A stretch of DNA of 64,000 nt, taken from assembly GCA_001599295.1 (NCBI GenBank), contig BCGN01000002.1, positions 310,001 to 374,000 on the forward strand, given 5' to 3'. The translations under genes and the position numbers were made by a program. This document shows positions 58,825 to 64,000 of this stretch, piece after piece. Origin of the DNA: Sporopachydermia quercuum (Eukaryota). A model generated the notes under the pieces. It saw only the letters and a list, made by a program, of their open reading frames with translations, was not told the origin of the DNA and searched no databases. Each line of letters starts with the position of its first letter. The stretch's first letter is position 1.

Positions 58825-61800
58825 TCAGGTATTGTGCTCATTGGACTCACTTCCATCCAGCTTTAAAGGTGTGAAATCCTCAGGATCAGAATAGTTTTCC
58901 AAATCCCGATCATTAGTCAAGTCATCATAATCTAAATTATGTGCTTCCCAGCTCAAAGCTCCATCTAAAGGAGTCATAGGATTATCCCGAACAACTGCTG
59001 ATCCCCTTCTGCTCACAACTCTAACAAAAGTACTATTCCTTCTTTTTCTCGCCCCAAGAGGACTTTGCGGAATGATAGTATCATCGTTCTCCGTATTCAA
59101 ATCATCGACATTGACATTGTATTGACCAGTAAGATTATGTACAAGCTTCAACTTCTCATCAGGCTGCATGTCATCAAATGCCTTAGTTGTTCGTTCTTGT
59201 TGTGGGACATCATTTCTATGACCTATACTCTGTCCTACCCTTATCAAAGTTTCAATAGCCGCCCTGGAACTCTCTACCAAATCTTTATCCCATTCCAAAC
59301 CAGCTTTATCGCTAAACAAGACTACTAAAGTAGATCCGCCAAACTTGAAATATCCAAGCTCATCACCGCGCTTAACTTTTTGACCCGGCTGGGCCGTTAT
59401 AACAGTACTTCCTACCATCATTGCACCTATGCAAACTACTACTACGGTACCAAAATATGGAGATTCTATAGGTACCACATATCTAACATTTTCACCGTAA
59501 ACATCTAGTGCGCTTCTGACAGCCATAGGATTCACAGTATAGTACTCGCCATCGATAAACCTTGGTTTACCAAGGATTCCATCCACAGGAACATGAAATC
59601 GATGATAATCCTGTGGTGCTAAACGAAATATCGCAAGTTTGCCTCTAAGAAATTCAGAAACTAGCTCTGGATAACCTTTGCGGCCATTTTTACCCGAGAG
59701 CAACTTGGTGATGGAGAAGCTCCTTCCTTTAATCCAAATCTCAGTGGCAGAAGAAATACTATCAAACAAAGTACATCGGCAATCAGCAGATGAAACAACA
59801 ATTTTAGGCTCATCAGCAGCCTCTACAGGTCTTGCATCAGGTGCTAATTTTCTGTAGAAAAAATCATTGAATGTTCTGAAGGCCTTAGGGTCTTTTATCA
59901 AACACTCTTCCAAATTTAAATGGTGAAATTTAACAAAGCTGGCTATACCTGCAGCACTTTCAGGCATATCATATTTCCTACCTTGTTTAACACTAAGTGA
60001 TTTCAACAGATTTCTGACTTTTTTCTGTTCAACACCATGCTTAGAACTGAGTACCTTGTATAGTAAACGGATGCCCAATCTCACATAAACGGACATTTTC
60101 TCCTCCATGATAACCCCTGTTTCTCTATCTTGAACCAACAGATTCGCAGAATTGGCACCTAAATCATACTTACCATAAGATAACCTTACTAGTATCTTGG
60201 AATACCATTTCTTGGTAGCCATAGAAGGAGTCAAAAAAGAAGAACCACCCCCAAGATCCAAATTATGCCAGTCTTTAAATAAACAAGTAGCTATATGTGT
60301 AATTATATCCTTATCATCTTTCTTTTTTAATTTCTTATTCCCGCAAATAGGGCATGCTTCTATTCTAATCACTCTGTTTTGCTCTGTCGATATTATTGAG
60401 AACGATCTGAGCCCTTGTGCTAAATCTTTCATAGTCATTGGAAACTCCGCAGTCAAAGGTCTTTCCATTGCGACGAGGTTTACCTCCTCCTCAAGGCATA
60501 TCACCGTTTGATCAAATGTCAATTCATCCTCGTCTCTATCATGCTTACCCCAACGATGGAAAAATCTTTTAGTTTTCTCTTCAGGATCAGTTGCTCCTAT
60601 ACCATCTAGAAGACTAAAGAGCTCTAAGTATGACATAGTTTTTGTAAGGTTTATGTCATATATCTGGAGTAGTCTATACCATAGAATTTGTCTTAGAGCA
60701 CGATATGGAGCATACTTCACTCTTATTTTCAACACGGGAGTTTTATCTATCGTTACATTCTGATTTCTAATTAAATCACTATCAATTGAACAAGGAAGAT
60801 CTATCTCTTCAAAGCTTGGACTGCTAGCGGTGGTAAGATATTCCAAGTTGATATCATACAATCCAGTTGCATAGTTCTTCTTAGCTCCTGTATCTTCAAT
60901 AATAGAAGCCATCTTAATGGAGGCAAAAGCAATGTTGCTATGTAAACTTATTCTGTCATGTTCCATTATTTGAAACGAAATAGAGTAGTTTCCATCAGTT
61001 TTGGAAACCTTCAAAAGAAACTTTTCTTCGAACACAGGATTCAAATTGTGTCGTTTGAATTTTGTTCGGAACGTTTTCCTACCTAAAGTTACTGTTACAA
61101 AGGGATCAACATCAAAGTCCCGCTTTTTTGTGCTCGGAATTGGTGGCAAGTTAGAGATTGACACTACTTCCAAATAGCATATTCCAAGAAGATTATCATC
61201 ATTCAGTAGTTGATATCGTGATAGTTTTGGCAATTTCAGATTTCCAATTCCGTTGCTGGAAGATAGAGATGTACTAGACGAGGTAGGTGCAATATCTACA
61301 TCCTCATTCAGAGCATTCTTATGTTTATGATTTATTATGGACACTGAATCGTTATCAGAATCAGATTCATCAAGGAATATTTGGTGCCTAGGGTAAAAAC
61401 CTTGATCATCTACTTCATCATTGAAGTTCATACTCCCATCAGCATTTTGAGGAACACCCAGTAACTTAGCATTTGTTCTCACTTTCACTTTCCAAAGGTT
61501 CCATCTTGTTCTGACCCTTCGTTTGATAATATCAGCACTAATCTCAATAGCTCTATTATCAGCTACGACATTCAACATAGCTGAATCAGATATGGGGCCA
61601 TATTCAACCAAATCTGACGTAGGAGTGATTGCTATTTTGATAAGAAGCCGACCTGTAATGTACCTTTTCTTCATACTTGAAGAATGTATTTCATACCATT
61701 GAGGTTCAGCAGGTGGGAAATAGTCCTCGTATTCAATAGGAGGTTCGTCCGAGAATATTTTGAATAAGACCAATCTGACTTCACCTAAGTAGTCTTTACG

Positions 61801-62079
61801 ATAAAATTCCTTATTCCAAACAATGAAGTTGAGTAAAGGAATCCTGTTTGACATCGAAATGGGCACTGAAATGCGTTTATTCCATACTGGATTTACGGTC
61901 TTATATGCCACCTGAGTTTTCACCCTATAAGAATCAAACCTGCATACAACATAAGGGTTAGAGGTATCTCCTTTGCCCATAGGTGCTAGATTTTCACCTT
62001 TGAGAATGCATATATTTAGTAAAAAGTCTTTCTTATCTTGATCTTCTACTTTTTTAGCTTTGGCTTTCATTAATGGCAT
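58825..62079 (-). CDS. PSD2: Phosphatidylserine decarboxylase 2 (C2 domains plus decarboxylase domain)
   Basis: Two C2 domains; FRTFNDFFYRKL, SSADCR, FRLAPQDYHRFH, YYTVNPMAVRS, self-cleavage motif FGGST; first ATG at 62079. Confidence 0.95.
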   Translation of the reverse strand: MPLMKAKAKKVEDQDKKDFLLNICILKGENLAPMGKGDTSNPYVVCRFDSYRVKTQVAYKTVNPVWNKRISVPISMSNRIPLLNFIVWNKEFYRKDYLGEVRLVLFKIFSDEPPIEYEDYFPPAEPQWYEIHSSSMKKRYITGRLLIKIAITPTSDLVEYGPISDSAMLNVVADNRAIEISADIIKRRVRTRWNLWKVKVRTNAKLLGVPQNADGSMNFNDEVDDQGFYPRHQIFLDESDSDNDSVSIINHKHKNALNEDVDIAPTSSSTSLSSSNGIGNLKLPKLSRYQLLNDDNLLGICYLEVVSISNLPPIPSTKKRDFDVDPFVTVTLGRKTFRTKFKRHNLNPVFEEKFLLKVSKTDGNYSISFQIMEHDRISLHSNIAFASIKMASIIEDTGAKKNYATGLYDINLEYLTTASSPSFEEIDLPCSIDSDLIRNQNVTIDKTPVLKIRVKYAPYRALRQILWYRLLQIYDINLTKTMSYLELFSLLDGIGATDPEEKTKRFFHRWGKHDRDEDELTFDQTVICLEEEVNLVAMERPLTAEFPMTMKDLAQGLRSFSIISTEQNRVIRIEACPICGNKKLKKKDDKDIITHIATCLFKDWHNLDLGGGSSFLTPSMATKKWYSKILVRLSYGKYDLGANSANLLVQDRETGVIMEEKMSVYVRLGIRLLYKVLSSKHGVEQKKVRNLLKSLSVKQGRKYDMPESAAGIASFVKFHHLNLEECLIKDPKAFRTFNDFFYRKLAPDARPVEAADEPKIVVSSADCRCTLFDSISSATEIWIKGRSFSITKLLSGKNGRKGYPELVSEFLRGKLAIFRLAPQDYHRFHVPVDGILGKPRFIDGEYYTVNPMAVRSALDVYGENVRYVVPIESPYFGTVVVVCIGAMMVGSTVITAQPGQKVKRGDELGYFKFGGSTLVVLFSDKAGLEWDKDLVESSRAAIETLIRVGQSIGHRNDVPQQERTTKAFDDMQPDEKLKLVHNLTGQYNVNVDDLNTENDDTIIPQSPLGARKRRNSTFVRVVSRRGSAVVRDNPMTPLDGALSWEAHNLDYDDLTNDRDLENYSDPEDFTPLKLDGSESNEHNT

Positions 62080-63981
62080 TTTGATGGTTCTGCTTAGTCT
62101 CAATTCTTCAAGTAACTGTCGTGATTCAGATTCTATCGAACAATTGTTCCGATAAAGTGGCTTGATTCTGTTGCTGAAGAGGAAATAACCTTTTATCGAC
62201 ACTTATAGTTTCTTGATGATCATCCAACTAAGTACCATGTTTTATCTCGTAATTTCCTTTTCCCCTTGCACTGAACAATCAAGGGTTTCCCTATAGAGGC
62301 TAGTTAAATATATAAAAATTCTTGCTGATGATTCTTGGAGAAGTAATGAGAAAATCCTTAACCAATTCTTATTTGGATCATGAAATTCAGAACTAAAGCT
62401 TATCAAGTTTGGACCATCAATATCTGTGTTATAAATTGTTTAGTAATTATAGTTTTCAGCATTTCAACCACATATGTCATAATCCCTATAATGTTTATTA
62501 ATATTCGTTTATGTAAAAACGTGGAAGGTTAAAAATTAAGGAACAAAGTTTAAACAATGGGGTTACATTACAAAAAGAAAGAAAAGAAAAAAAGAGTTAT
62601 TTTTATGTTAGTTTTAGGACGTCATCATAGAAACCAAATTCTTTTGAAGCTGAAACTGACTTTGCTCAGACGATTATTGATGCTGCCTGGGCTGTATGTA
62701 TTATTGCTGCTTAAATTATTGCTCCAGTTAAGGGTTTAAACTCCATTTTAATAGTGGATGGATCTCTATTTCAATGATTTATTTTGTGGGGTTTCCTCAT
62801 AATGCAAAGTTTCGGACGATTACGGACAACATTCACTGGGACACACATACCTGGACAGCTTATATGACAATAGCCCGAATAATAATATTTTGATCTCTTA
62901 ATCCACGTAGTATTTTTCTATATATGATAAAATAGCTACATAGGTAAATAGANGTATATTGGATTTAGCCTGTTATTTATACTAAGGATTAATTTATTTA
63001 TGTTCGTCGTTCAGGAGCGAAAACAGAGAAACACTGGTCAGTTCAATCTTGTCCCTTCTCCGATGAGTATCCGACAATTCTATTACATTCTACAATTGAA
63101 GGCTCCAATATCTTTCTATTCTATTACCAAGGAAGACAGTAAGTATACTTAAAGGCACAACGCTTGTAGAGGAATAGAGGAGCATTGTTGGCTTGCAATA
63201 TCAAGTATCCTCAATGTTGATTGATTTTTCTGCACCTCCATTTTGGAATGATAAAGTGAGTATAGGACAGTTAACTGATGAGGTGTGCCTTGGGAATTGA
63301 GAAATATATTCAAATTGTTTGTCTTAGAATATAATATATTGCAGTTGAACGGACGGATCTTATTCATTTTTGAAAACACAAATGCTACAAAGTTTTCAAA
63401 AGTATGATTTATCGAAGTCTTACAATTTTTTCTTTCTTTTTTATTCTTTACCTTTAAGAGAGTAGAGAGAGGATTGTCCCGAAGCATAATGGCTCAGTAC
63501 TATACACTTTGTTGATAGGCTGAATCACTGAGTATTATTTACACAGCGTCTTGTGTTGTATTTTGTCTCAAGTCCATAGACCTTCTTTTATTCTTCATGT
63601 AATCATTGTTTCAGTCATTAAGATCGGTAAAGCAAACATATTCAATATCAAAGTAAACACTGAAGCTCTACTTGGTAATTTTTAACGAGAAATTAGATTT
63701 CTTATGGCATTTAGTAAATTATAGATATCGTCTGAGAGATTAGTACCAAGCTCGATTCTTTTATTTTGTCAGGGATGACTGAGAAGTACGATACCACCAA
63801 TACCTCTCGAAATTTGTATGTCGGTAGGAATCTCGTCACTTAATAGCTCTAAATTGTTGGTGGGATAAGTGGTTGGCCAGGATCAACCAAAAAAGTGTTA
63901 ATTGGGTTGTAGTCTTCAGCTTGAAATATATTGATCCTTGATTGCAATGTTGAAATTTTTGTTCAACTACGCAGAATGAGG

Positions 63982-64000
63982 AATAATAATAATAATAATA
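63982..64000. repeat. (AAT)n microsatellite running off the window end
   Basis: aataataataataataata. Confidence 0.8.

Noticed and set aside
62620..62780. Protein-like fragment (FEAETDFAQTIIDAAWAVCIIAA*)
   Set aside because: Too short and unassignable.

Overview
AT-rich nuclear DNA from a budding yeast, most likely an early-diverging Saccharomycotina lineage. That placement is an inference from the myosin-motor chitin synthase and the frequent short GT-AG introns with CTAAC/TTAAC branch points. The genetic code looks standard: CTG encodes the invariant Leu of kinase HRDLKP and of Rab VVLLGES. About 16 conserved genes can be called, several only after splicing by hand: class V chitin synthase, RPB8, STE13/DAP2-type dipeptidyl peptidase, BNA1, CTR9, PSF3, SPT20, DCP1, a HIRIP3-like protein, a Prx5-type peroxiredoxin, PTH4, HPR1, TRF4/PAP2, IKS1, YPT52, POL31 and PSD2. 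There are also two orphan cell-surface proteins. The most unusual part is a ~7.5 kb island at 28.5-36.1 kb with no conserved gene. It holds a class-III aminotransferase pseudogene, a 64-nt loopless palindrome just upstream of a TATA box, an orphan Cys-domain surface protein whose 33-bp repeat array carries one in-frame TAA that cuts off an intact GPI-anchor signal, and a MITE-like foldback element. A CpG-enriched block covering SPT20 and its promoter lies directly to the left of the island. No tRNA, rRNA or intact transposon was recognised.
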